Part shown: positions 42,141-55,400 of the stretch, one piece after another | How the letters are laid out: each line of letters opens with the position of its first letter | Position numbering within the stretch: position 1 is the stretch's first letter | Assembly: GCA_964016885.1 (NCBI GenBank) | Contig: OZ024762.1 | Location: forward strand, 28,458,001-28,522,000 | DNA from: Eledone cirrhosa | Lineage: Eukaryota | Direction: 5' to 3' | DNA: 64,000 nucleotides | The notes under the pieces: model-generated | Database searches by the model: none | What the model was told of the DNA's origin: nothing | The model's input: the letters and a program-made list of their open reading frames with translations, nothing else | Translations under genes and position numbers: made by a program

Positions 42141-44849
42141 TATTGGGTTGGTGTGTAACAAGACAGTAGCTTTTATTAAATATTGTGTTCGTCTGTAATA
42201 AGACAGTAGCTTTTATTCAATATTATGTTGGTGTGTAACAAGACAGTAGGTTCTATTAAATATTGGGTTGGTCTGTAACAAGACAGTAGCTTTTATTCAA
42301 TATTGGGTTGGTGTGTAACACGACAGTAGCTTTTATTAAATATTGGGTTGGTCTGTAACAAGACAGTAGCTTTTATTCAATATTGGGTTGGTGTGTAACA
42401 CGACAGTAGCTTTTATTAAGTATTGGGATGGTCTGCAACAAGGCAGTAGCTTTTATTAAATATTGGGTTGGTCTGTAACAAGTCAGTAGCTTTTATTCAA
42501 TATTGGGTTGGTCTGTAACAAGACAGTAGCTTTATTAGGTATGGGGTTGCTCTGTAACAAGACAGTAGCTTTTAATTAAATATTGTGTTGGTCTGTAACA
42601 AGACAGTAGCTTTTATTCAATATTGGGTTTGTGTGTAATAAGACAGTAGCTTTTATTCAATAATGGGTTGGTCTGAAACAAGACAGTAGCTTTTATTAAA
42701 TATTGGGTTGGTCTGTAACGAGACGGTAGCTTTTATTCAATATTCGGTTGGTGTGTAACAAGACAGTAGCTTTTATTAAATATTGGGTTGGTCTGTAACA
42801 GGACAGTAGCTTTTATGCATTATTGGGTTGGTCTGTAACAAGACAGTAGCTTTTATTCAATATTGGGTTGGTGTGTAAAAATTCAGTAGCTTTTATTAAA
42901 TATTAGGTTGGTCTGTAACAAGACAGTAGCTTTTATTGAATATTGGGTTGGTCTGTAACAAGACTGTAGCTTTTATTCAATACTAGGTTGGTCTGTAACA
43001 AGACAATAGCTTTTATTAAATATTGGGTTGGTGTGTAACAAGACAGTAGCTTTTATTAAATATTGGGTTGGTCTGTAACAAGACAGTAGCTTTTATGCAT
43101 TATTGGGTTGGTCTGTAACAAGACAGTAGCTTTTATTCAATATTGGGTTGGTGTGTAAAAATTCAGTAGCTTTTATTAAATATTAGGTTGGTCTGTAACA
43201 AGACAGTAGCTTTTATTGAATATTGGGTTGGTCTGTAACAAGACTGTAGCTTTTATTCAATACTAGGTTGGTCTGTAACAAGACAATAGCTTTTATTAAA
43301 TATTGGGTTGGTGTGTAACAAGACAGTAGCTTTTATTAAATATTGTGTTCGTCTGTAATAAGACAGTAGCTTTTATTCAATATTATGTTGGTGTGTAACA
43401 AGACAGTAGATTTTATTAAATATTGGGTTGGTCTGTAACAAGAGAGTTGCTTTTATTAAGTATTGGGTTGGTGTGTAACAAGACAGTAGCTTTTATTCAA
43501 TATTATGTTGGTGTGTAACAAGACAGTAGGTTTTATTAAATATTGGGTTGGTCTGTAACAAGACAATAGCTTTTATTGAATATTGGGTTGGTCTGTAACA
43601 AGACAGTAGCTTTTATTAAATATTGGGTTGGTGTGTAACAAGACAGTAGCTTTTATTAAATATTGGGTTGGTCTGCAACAAGACAGGAGCTTTTATGAAA
43701 TATTGGGTTGGTCTGTAACAAGACAGTAGCTTTTATTCAATATTGGGTTCGTCTGTAACAAGACAGTAGCTTTTATTCAATATTGGGTTGTGTGTCACAA
43801 GACAGTAGCTTTTATTAAATATTGGGTTGGTCTGTAACAAGACAGTAGCTTTTATTAAATATTGGGTTGGTCTGTAATAAGACAGTAGCTTTTATTAAAT
43901 ATTGGGTTGGTGTGTAACAAGACAGTTGCTTTTATGCATTATTGGGTTGGTCTGTAGCAAGACCGTAGCTTTTATTCAATATTGGGTTGGTGTGTAACAA
44001 GACAGTAGCTTTTATTCAATATTGGGTTGGTCTGAAACAAGACAGTAGCTTTTATTACATATTGGGTTGGTGTGTAACAAGACAGTAGCTTTTATTAAAT
44101 ATTGGGTTGGTCTGTAACAAGACAGTAGCTTTTATGCATTATTGGGTTGGTCTGTAACAAGACAGTAGCTTTTATTCAATATTGGGTTGGTGTGTAACAA
44201 GTCAGTAGCTTTTATTAAATATTAGGTTGGTCTGTAACAAGACAGTAGCTTTTATTGAATATCGGGTTGGTCTGTAACAAGACAGTAGCTTTTATTCAAT
44301 ATTAGGTTTGTGTGTAACAAGACAGTAGCTTTTATTAAATATTGCGTTGGTCTGTAACAAGACAGTAGCTTTTATGCATTATTGGCTTGGTCTGTAACAA
44401 GACAATAGCGTTTATTAAATATTGGGTTGGTGTGTAACAAGACAGTAGCTTTTATTAAATATTGGGTTCGTCTGTAATAAGACAGTAGCTTTTATTCAAT
44501 ATTATGTTGGTGTGTAACAAGACAGTAGATTTTATTAAATATTGGGTTGGTCTGTAACAAGAGAGTTGCTTTTATTAAATATTGGGTTGGTGTGTAACAA
44601 GACAGTAGCTTTTATTAAATATTGCGTTGGTCTGTAACAAGACGGTAGCTTTTATTCAATACTAGGTTGGTCTGTAACAAGACAATAGTTTTTATTAAAT
44701 ATTGGGTTGGTGTGTAACAAGACAGTAGCTTTTATTAAATATTGGGTTCGTATGTAATAAGACAGTAGCTTTTATTCAATATTGCGTTGGTGTGTAACAA
44801 GATAGTAGATTTTATGCAATATTGGTTGGTCTGTAACAAGACAGTAGCT

Positions 44850-47800
44850 TTTATTCAATATTAGGTCGGTCTGTAACAAGACAATATCTTTTATTAAATA
44901 TTGGGTTCGTCTGTAATAAGACAGTAGCTTTTATTCAATATTATGTTGGTGTGAAACAAGACAGTAGATTTTATTAAATATTGGGTTGGTCTGTAACAAG
45001 AGAGTTGCTTTTATTAAATATTGAGTTGGTGTGTAACAAGACAGTAGCTTTTATTCAATATTGGGTTCGTGTGTAACAAGACAGTAGCTTTTATGCAATA
45101 TTGGGTTGGTCTGTAAAAAGACAGTAGCTTTTATTAAATATTGGGTTAGTGTGTAACAAGACAGTATCTTTTATTAAATATTGGATTGGTGTGTAACAAG
45201 ACAGTAGCTTTTATTAAATATTGGGTTAGTGTGTAACAAGACAGTAGCTTATATTCAATATTGGGTTGGTCTGTAACAAGACAGTAGCTTTTATTTAATA
45301 TTGGGTTGGTGTGTAACAAGACAGTATCTTTTATTAAATATTACGTTGTTGTGTAACAAGACACTAGCATTTATTCAATATTATGTTGGTCTGAAACAAG
45401 ACAGTAGGTTTTATTCAATATTCGGTTGGTCTGTAACAAGACAGTAGCTTTTATTCAATATTGGGTTGGTGTGTAACAAGACAGTAGCTTTTATTAAATA
45501 TTGGGTTCGACTGTAATAAGACAGTAGCTTTTATTCAATATTATGTTGGTGTGTAACAAGACAGTAGGTTTTATTAAATATTGGGTTGGTCTCTAACAAA
45601 ACAATAGCTTTTATTGAATATTGGGTTGGTCTGTAACAAGACAGTAGCTTTTATGCATTATTGGGTTGGTCTGTAACAAGACAGTAGCTTTTATTCAATA
45701 TTGGGTTGGTGTGTAACAAGTCAGTAGCTTTTATTAAATATTAGGTTGGTCTGTAACAAGACAGTAGGTTTTATTGAATATTGGGTTGGTCTGTAACAAG
45801 ACAGTAGCTTTTATTCAATACTAGGTTGGTCTGTAACAAGACAATAGCTTTTATTAAATATTGGGTTGGTGTGTAACAAGACAGTAGCTTTTATTAAATA
45901 TTGGGTTGGTCTGAAACAAGACAGTAGCTTTTATTAAATATTGGGTTCGTCTGTAATAAGACAGTAGCTTTTATTCAATATTATGTTGGTGTGTAACAAG
46001 ACAGTAGATTTTATTAAATATTGGGTTGGTCTGTAACAAGAGAGTTGCTTTTATTAAATATTGGGTTGGTGTGTAACAAGACAGTAGCTTTTATTCAATA
46101 TTGGGTTGGTGTGTAACAAGACAGTAGCTTTTATTGAATATTGCGTTGGTCTGTAACAAGACAGTAGCTTTTATTCAATATTGGGTTAGTGTGTAACAAG
46201 ACACTAGCTTTTATTAAATATTGTTCTGGTCTTTAACAAGACAGTAGCTTTTATTCAATATTATGTTGGTGTGTAACAAGACAGTAGCTTTTATTAAATT
46301 TTGGGTTGGTCTGTAACAAGACAGTTGCTTTTATGCAATATTGGGTTGGTCTGTAACAAGACAGTAGCTTTTATTCAATATTGAGTTCGTGTATAACAAG
46401 ACAGTAGATTTTATTCAATATTGGGATGGGGTGTAACAAGACAGTAGCTTTTATTAAATATTAGGTTGGTCTGTGACAAGTCAGTAGCTTTTATTGAATA
46501 TTGGGTTGGTCTGTAACAAGACAGTAGCTTTTATTCAATATTAGGTTAGTGTGCAACAAGACAGTAGCTTTTATTACATATTGTGTTGGTCTGTAACAAG
46601 ACAGTAGCTTTTATTCAATATTAGGTTGGTCTGTAACAAGACAATAGCTTTTATTAAATATTGGGTTGGTGTGTAACAAGACAATAGCTTTTATTTAATA
46701 TTAGGTTGGTCTGTAAAAAGACAGTAGCTTTTATTAAATATTGGGTTTGTCTGTAATAAGACAGTAGCTTTTATTCAATATTATGTTGGTGTGTAACAAG
46801 ACAGTAGCTTTTATTAAATATAGGGTTGGTCTGCAACAAGACAGGAGCTTTTATGAAATATTGGGTTGGTGTGTAACAAGGCAGTAGCTTTTATTCAATA
46901 TTGGGTTGGTGTGTAACAAGACAGTAGCTTTTATTCAATAGTGGGTTGGTCTGAAACAAGACAGTAGCTTTTATGCATTATTGGGCTGGTCTGTAACAAG
47001 ACAGTAGCTTTTATTCAATATTGGGTTGGTGTGTAACAAGACAGTAGTTTTTAATCAATATTGGGTTGGTCTGAAACAAGACAGTAGCTTTTATTAAATA
47101 TTGGATTGGTCTGTAACAAGACAGTAGCTTTTATTAAATATTGGGTTGGTGTGTAACAAGACAGTATCTTTTATTAAATATTGGGTTGGTCTGTAACAAG
47201 ACAGTAGCTTTTATGCATTATTCGGTTGGTCTGTAACAAGACAGTAGCTTTTATTCAATATTGGGTTGGTGTGTAACAAGTCAGTAGCTTTTATTAAATA
47301 TTAGGTTGGTCTGTAACAAGACAGTAGCTTTTATTGAATATCGGGTTGGTCTGTAACAAGACTGTAGCTTTTATTCAATATTAGGTTTGTGTTTAACAAG
47401 ACAGTAGCTTTTATTAAATATTGGGTTGGTCTGTATCAAGACAGTAGCTTTTATTCAATATTGGGTTGGTCTGTAACAAGACAGTAGCTTTATTAGATAT
47501 GGGTTGCTCTGTAACAAGACAGTAGCTTTTACTCAATATTGGGCTGGTCTGTAACAAAACAGTAGCTTTTATTCAATATTGGGTTGGTGTGTAACAAGAC
47601 AGTAGCTTTTATTAAATATTGGGTTGGTCTGAAACAAGACAGTAGCTTTTATTAAGTATTGGGTTGGTCTGTAACAAGACGGTAGCTTTTATTCAATATT
47701 CGGTTGGTGTGTAACAAGACAGTAGCTTTTATTAAATATTGGGTTGGTCTGCAACAAGACAGGAGCTTTTATGAAATATTGGGTTGGTCTGTAACAAGAC

Positions 47801-50800
47801 AGTAGCTTTTATGCATTATTGGGTTGGTCTGTAACAAGACAGTAGCTATTATTCAATATTGGGTTGGTGTGTAACAAGTCAGTAGCTTTTATTAAATATT
47901 AGGTTGGTCTGTAACAAGACAGTAGCTTTTATTGAATATTGGGTTGGTCTGTAACAAGACAGTAGCTTTTATTCAATACTAGGTTGGTCTGTAACAAGAC
48001 AATAGCTTTTATTAAATATTGGGTTGGTGTGTAACAAGACAGTAGCTTTTATTAAATATTGATTTCGTGTGTAATAAGACAGTAGCTTTTATTCAATATT
48101 ATGTTGGTGTGTAACAAGACAGTAGATTTTATTCAATATTGGGTTGGTCTGTAACAAGAGAGTTGCTTTTATTAAATATTGGGTTGGTGTGTAACAAGAC
48201 AGTAGCTTTTATTCAATATTGGGTTGGTGTGTAACAAGTCAGTAGCTTTTATTGAATATTGCGTTGGTCTGTAACAAGACAGTAGCTTTTATTTAATATT
48301 GGGTTGGTGTGTAACAAGACAGTAGCTTTTCTTCAATATTGGGTTGGTGTGTAACAAGACAGTATCTTTTATTAAATATTACGTTGTTGTGTAACAAGAC
48401 ACTAGCATTTATTCAATATTATGTTGGTCTGAAACAAGACAGTAGGTTTTATTCAATATTCGGTTGGTCTGTAACAAGACAGTAGCTTTTATTCAATATT
48501 GGGTTGGTGTGTGACAAGACAGTAGCTTTTATTAAATATTGGGTTCGACTGTAATAAGACAGTAGCTTTTATTCAATATTATGTTGGTGTGTAACAAGAC
48601 AGTAGTTTTTATTAAATATTGGGTTGGTCTCTAACAAGACAATAGCTTTTATTGAATATTGGGTTGGTCTGTAACAAGACAGTAGCTTTTATTCAATATT
48701 GGGTTGGTCTGCAACAAGGCAGTAGCTTTTATTAAATATTGGGTTTGTCTGTAACAAGACAGTAGCTTTTATTCAATATTGGGTTGGTCTGTAACAAGAC
48801 AGTAGCTTTATTAGATATGGGGTTGCTCTGTAACAAGACAGTAGCTTTTATTCAATATTGGGTTGGTCTGTAACAAAACAGTAGCTTTTATTCAATATTG
48901 GGTTGGTGTGTAACAAGACAGTAGCTTTTATTAAATATTGGGTTGGTCTGAAACAAGACAGTAGCTTTTATTCAATATTCGGTTCGTGTGTTACAAGACA
49001 GTAGCTTTTATTAAATATTGGGTTGGTCTGCAACAAGACAGGAGCTTTTATGAAATATTGGGTTGGTCTGTAACAAGACAGTAGCTTTTATTAAATATTG
49101 GGTTGGTCTGTAACAAGACAGTAGCTTTTATGCATTATTGGGTTGGTCTGTAACAAGACAGTAGCTTTTATTCAATATTGGGTTGGTGTGTAACAAGTCA
49201 GTAGCTTTTATTAAATATTAGGTTGGTCTGTAACAAGACAGTAGCTTTTATTGAATATTGGGTTGGTCTGTAACAAGACAGTAGCTTTTATTCAATACTA
49301 GGTTGGTCTGTAACAAGACAATAGCTTTTATTAAATATTGGGTTGGTGTGTAACAAGACAGTAGCTTTTATTAAATATTGGGTTCGTCTGTAATAAGACA
49401 GTAGCTTTTATTCAATATTATGTTGGTGTGTAACAAGACAGTAGATTTTATTAAATATTGAGTTGGTCTGTAACAAGAGAGTTGCTTTTATTAAATATTG
49501 GGTTGGTGTGTAACAAGACAGTAGCTTTTATTCAATATTGGGTTGGTGTGTAACAAGACAGTAGCTTTTATTGAATATTGCGTTGGTCTGTAACAAGACA
49601 GTAGCTTTTATTCAATATTAGGTTAGTGTGTAACAAGACACTAGCTTTTATTAAATATTGTTCTGGTCTTTAACAAGACGATAGCTTTTATTCAATATTA
49701 GGTCGGTCTATAACAAGACAATAGCTTTTATTAAATATTGGGTTTGTCTGTAATAAGACAGTAGCTTTTATTCAATATTATGTTGGTGTGTAACAAGACA
49801 GTAGCTTTTATTAAATATTGGGTTGGTCTGTAACAAGACAGTTGCTTTTATGCAATATTGGGTTGGTCTGTAACAAGACAGTAGCTTTTATTCAATATTG
49901 AGTTCGTGTGTAACAAGACAGTAGATTTTATTCAATATTGGGATGGGGTGTAACAAGACAGTAGCTTTTATTAAATATTAGGTTGGTCTGTAACAAGTCA
50001 GTAGCTTTTATTGAATATTGGGTTGGTCTGTAACAAGACAGTAGCTTTTATTCAATATTAGGTTAGTGTGCAACAAGACAGTAGCTTTTATTAAATATTG
50101 TGTTGGTCTGTAACAAGACAGTAGCTTTTATTCAATATTAGGTTGGTCTGTAACAAGACAATAGCTTTTATTAAATATTGGGTTGGTGTGTAACAAGACA
50201 ATAGCTTTTATTTAATATTGGGTTGGTCTGTAACAAGACAGTAGCTTTTATTAAATATTGGGTGGGTGTGTAACAAGACAGTAGCTGTTATTAAATATTG
50301 GGTTGGTCTGCAACAAGACAGGAGCTTTTATGAAATATTGGGTTGGTGTGTAACAAGACAGTAGCTTTTATTCAATATTGGGTTGGTGTGTAACAAGACA
50401 GTAGCTTTTATTCAATATTGGGTTGGTCTGAAACAAGACAGTAGCTTTTATGCATTATTGGGCTGGTCTGTAACAAGACAGTAGCTTTTATTCAATATTG
50501 GGTTGGTGTGTAACAAGACAGTAACTTTTATTCAATATTGGGTTGGTCTGAAACAAGACAGTAGCTTTTATTAAATATTGGATTGTTCTGTAACAAGACA
50601 GTAGCTTTTATTAAATATTGCGTTGGTGTGTAACAAGACAGTAGCTTTTATTAAATATTGGGTTGGTCTGTAACAAGACAGTAGCTTTTATGCATTATTG
50701 GGTAGGTCTGTAACAAGACAGTAGCTTTTATTCAATATTGGGTTGGTGTGTAACAAGTCAGTAGCTTTTATTAAATATTAGGTTGGTCTGTAACAAGACA

Positions 50801-53800
50801 GTAGCTTTTATTGAATATCGGGTTGGTCTGTAACAAGACTGTAGCTTTTATTCAATATTAGGTTTGTGTTTAACAAGACAGTAGCTTTTATTAAATATTG
50901 GGTTGGTCTGTAACAAGACAGTAGCTTTTATTCAATATTGGGTTGGTCTATAACAAGACAGTAGCTTTATTAGATATGGGGTTGCTCTGTAACAAGACAG
51001 TAGGTTTTATTCAATATTGGGTTGGTCTGTAACAAAACAGTAGCTTTTATTCAATATTGGGTTGGTGTGTAACAAGACAGTAGCTTTTATTAAATATTGG
51101 GTTGGTCTGAAACAAGACAGTAGCTTTTATTAAATATTGGGTTGGTCTGTAACAAGACGGTAGCTTTTATTCAATATTGGGTTGGTGTGTAACAAGACAG
51201 TAGCTTTTATTAAATATTGGGTTGGTCTGCAACAAGACAGGAGCTTTTATGAAATATTGGGTTGGTCTGTAACAAGACAGTAGGTTTTATTCAATATTCG
51301 GTTGGTCTGTAACAAGACAGCAGCTTTTATTCAATATTGGGTTGGTGTGTGACAAGACAGTAGCTTTTATTAAATATTGGGTTCGACTGTAATAAGACAG
51401 TAGCTTTTATTCAATATTATGTTGGTGTGTAACAAGACAGTAGCTTTTATTACATATTGGGTTGGTCTCTAACAAGACAATAGCTTTTATTGAATATTGG
51501 GTTGGTCTGTAACAAGACAGTAGCTTTTATTCAATATTGGGTTGGTCTGCAACAAGGCAGTAGCTTTTATTAAATATTGGGTTTGTCTGTAACAAGACAG
51601 TAGCTTTTATTCAATATTGGGTTGGTCTGTAACAAGACAGTAGCTTTATTAGATATGGGGTTGCTCTGTAACAAGACAGTAGCTTTTATTCAATATTGGT
51701 TTGGTCTGTAACAAAACAGTAGCTTTTATTCAATATTGGGTTGGTGTGTAACAAGACAGTAGCTTTTATTAAATATTGGGTTGGTCTGAAACAAGACAGT
51801 AGCTTTTATTCAATATTCGGTTGGTGTGTAACAAGACAGTAGTTTTTATTAAATATTGGGTTGGTCTGCAACAAGACAGGAGCTTTTATGAAATATTGGG
51901 TTGGTCTGTAACAAGACAGTAGCTTTTATGCATTATTGGGTTGGTCTGTAACAAGACAGTAGCTTTTATTCAATATTGGGTTGGTGTGTAACAAGTCAGT
52001 AGCTTTTATTAAATATTAGGTTGGTCTGTAACAAGACAGTAGCTTTTATTGAATATTGGGTTGGTCTGTAACAAGACAGTAGCTTTTATTCAATACTAGG
52101 TTGATCTGTAACAAGACAATAGCTTTTATTAAATATTGGGTTGGTGTGTAACATGACAGTAGCTTTTATTAAATATTGGGTTCGTCTGTAATAAGACAGT
52201 AGCTTTTATTCAATATTATGTTGGTGTGTAACAAGACAGTAGATTTTATTACATATTGGGTTGGTCTGTAACAAGAGAGTTGCTTTTATTAAATATTGGG
52301 TTGGTGTGTAACAAGACAGTAGCTTTTATTCAATATTGGGTTGGTGTGTAACAAGACAGTAGCTTTTATTGAATATTGCGTTGGTCTGTAACAAGACAGT
52401 AGCTTTTATTCAATATTAGGTTAGTGTGTAACAAGACATTAGCTTTTATTAAATATTGTTCTGGTCTTTAACAAGACGATAGCTTTTATTCAATATTAGG
52501 TCGGTCTGTAACAAGACAATAGCTTTTATTAAATATTGGGTTTGTCTGTAATAAGACAGTAGCTTTTATTCAATATTATGTTGGTGTGTAACAAGACAGT
52601 AGCTTTTATTAAATATTGGGTTGGTCTGTAACAAGACAGTTGCTTTTATGCAATATTGGGTTGGTCTGTAACAAGACAGTAGCTTTTATTCAATATTGAG
52701 TTCGTGTGTAACAAGACAGTAGATTTTATTCAATATTGGGATGGGGTGTAACAAGACAGTAGCTTTTATTAAATATTAGGTTGGTCTGTAATAAATCAGT
52801 AGCTTTTATTGAATATTGGGTTGGTCTGTAACAAGACAGTAGCTTTTATTCAATATTAGGTTAGTGTGCAACAAGACAGTAGCTTTTATTAAATATTGTG
52901 TTGGTCTGTAACAAGACAGTAGCTTTTATTCAATATTAGGTTGGTCTGTAACAAGACAATAGCTTTTATTAAATATTGGGTTGGTGTGTAACAAGACAAT
53001 AGCTTTTATTTAATATTGGGTTGGTCTGTAACAAGACAGTAGCTTTTATTAAATATTGGGTTGGTGTGTAACAAGACAGTAGCTTTTATTAAATATTGGG
53101 TTGGTCTGCAACAAGACAGGAGCTTTTATGAAATATTGGGTTGGTGTGTAACAAGACAGTAGCTTTTATTCAATATTGGGTTGGTGTGTAACAAGACAGT
53201 AGCTTTTATTCAATATTGGGTTGGTCTGAAACAAGACAGTAGCTTTTATGCATTATTGGGCTGGTCTGTACCAGGACAGTAGCTTTTATTCAATATTGGG
53301 TTGGTGTGTAACAAGACAGTAACTTTTATTCAATATTGGGTTGGTCTGAAACAAGACAGTAGCTTTTATTAAATATTGGATTGGTCTGTAACAAGACAGT
53401 AGCTTTTATTAAATATTGGGTTCGTGTGTAACAAGACAGTAGCTTTTATTAAATATTGGGTTGGTCTGTAACAAGACAGTAGCTTTTATGCATTATTGGG
53501 TTGGTCTGTAACAAGACAGTAGCTTTTATTCAATATTGGGTTGGTGTGTAACAAGTCAGTAGCTTTTATTAAATATTAGGTTGGTCTGTAACAAGACAGT
53601 AGCTTTTATTGAATATCGGGTTGGTCTGTAACAAGACTGTAGCTTTTATTCAATATTAGGTTTCTGTTTAACAAGACAGTAGCTTTTATTAAATATTGGG
53701 TTGGTCTGTAACAAGACAGTAGCTTTTATTCAATATTGGGTTGGTCTATAACAAGACAGTAGCTTTATTAGATATGGGGTTGCTCTGTAACAAGACAGTA

Positions 53801-55400
53801 GCTTTTATTCAATATTGGGTTGGTCTGTAACAAAACAGTAGCTTTTATTCAATATTGGGTTGGTGTGTAACAAGACAGTAGCTTTTATTAAGTATTGGGT
53901 TGGTCTGAAACAAGACAGTAGCTTTTATTATATATTGGGTTGGTCTGTAACAAGACGGTAGCTTTTATTCAATATTGGGTTGGTGTGTAACAAGACAGTA
54001 GCTTTTATTAAATATTGGGTTCGTGTGTAATAAGACAGTAGCTTTTATTCAATATTATGTTGGTGTGTAACAAGACAGTAGATTTTATTAAATATTGGGT
54101 TGGTCTGTAACAAGAGAGTTGCTTTTATTAAATATTGGGTTGGTGTGTAACAAGACAGTAGCTTTTATTCAATATTGGGTTGGTGTGTAACAAGTCAGTA
54201 GCTTTTATTGAATATTGCGTTGGTCTGTAACAAGGCAGTAGCTTTTATTCAATATTAGGTTAGTGTGTAACAAGACACTAGCTTTTTTTAAATATTGTTC
54301 TGGTCTGTAACAAGACAATAGCTTTTATTCAATATTAGGTTGGTCTGTAACAAGACAATAGCTTTTATTAAATATTGGGTTTGTCTGTAATAAGACAGTA
54401 GCTTTTATTCAATATTATGTTGGTGTGTAACAAGACAGTAGCTTTTATTAAATATTGGGTTGGTCTGTAACAAGACAGTTGCTTTTATGCAATATTGGGT
54501 TGGTCTGTAACAAGACAGTAGCTTTTATTCAATATTGAGTTCGTGTGTAACAAGACAGTAGATTTTATTCAATATTGGGATGGGGTGTAACAAGACAGTA
54601 GCTTTTATTAAATATTAGGTTGGTCTGTAACAAGTCAATAGCTTTTTTTGAATATTGGGTTGGTCTGTAACAAGACAGTAGCTTTTATTCAATATTAGGT
54701 TAGTGTGTAACAAGACAGTAGCTTTTATTAAATATTGTGTTGGTCTGTAACAAGACAGTAGCTTTTATTCAATATTAGGTTGGTCTGTAACAAGACAATA
54801 GCTTTTATTAAATATTGGGTTGGTGTGTAACAAGACAATAGCTTTTGTTGAATATTGGGTTGGTCTGTAACAAGACAGTAGCTTTTATTAAATATTGGGT
54901 TGGTGTGTAACAAGACAGTAGCTTTTATTCAATATTGAGTTCGTGTGTAACAAGACAGTAGATTTTATTCAATATTGGGATGGGGTGTAACAAGACAGTA
55001 GCTTTTATTAAATATTAGGTTGGTCTGTAACAAGTCAGTAGCTTTTTTTGAATATTGGGTTGGTCTGTAACAAGACAGTAGCTTTTATTCAATATTAGGT
55101 TAGTGTGTAACAAGACAGTAGCTTTTATTAAATATTGTGTTGGTCTGTAACAAGACAGTAGCTTTTATTAAATATTAGGTTGGTCTGTAACAAGACAATA
55201 GCTTTTATTATATATTGGGTTGGTGTGTAACAAGACAATAGCTTTTATTGAATATTGGGTTGGTCTGTAACAAGACAGTAGCTTTTATTAAATATTGGGT
55301 TGGTGTGTAACAAGACAGTAGCTTTTATTAAATATTGGGTTGGTCTGCAACAAGACAGGAGCTTTTATGAAATATTGGGTTGGTGTGTAACAAGACAGTA
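44850..55400. repeat. Right-hand higher-order repeat family with irregular period (GGGATGGGG marker)
   Basis: The monomer pair TTGAGTTCG / TTGGGATGGGG has its diagnostic A at 46426, 49943, 52741, 54580 and 54980 (spacings 3517, 2798, 1839, 400). The closest pair is ~48440-51270 versus ~51280-54000 (GTGACAAG 48511/51349; ACGATAG 49678/52476). Confidence 0.82.

Larger units (their letters stand above)
27065..44611. repeat. Macro-repeat copy 2 (~17.5 kb), internally expanded by different local duplications
   Basis: Begins with the same left-subfamily block as 8880 (offset ~18,185). Ends with a block at ~43640-44610 matching ~25940-27060 (ATCGGG at 26714 and 44261, offset 17,547). Confidence 0.7.
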
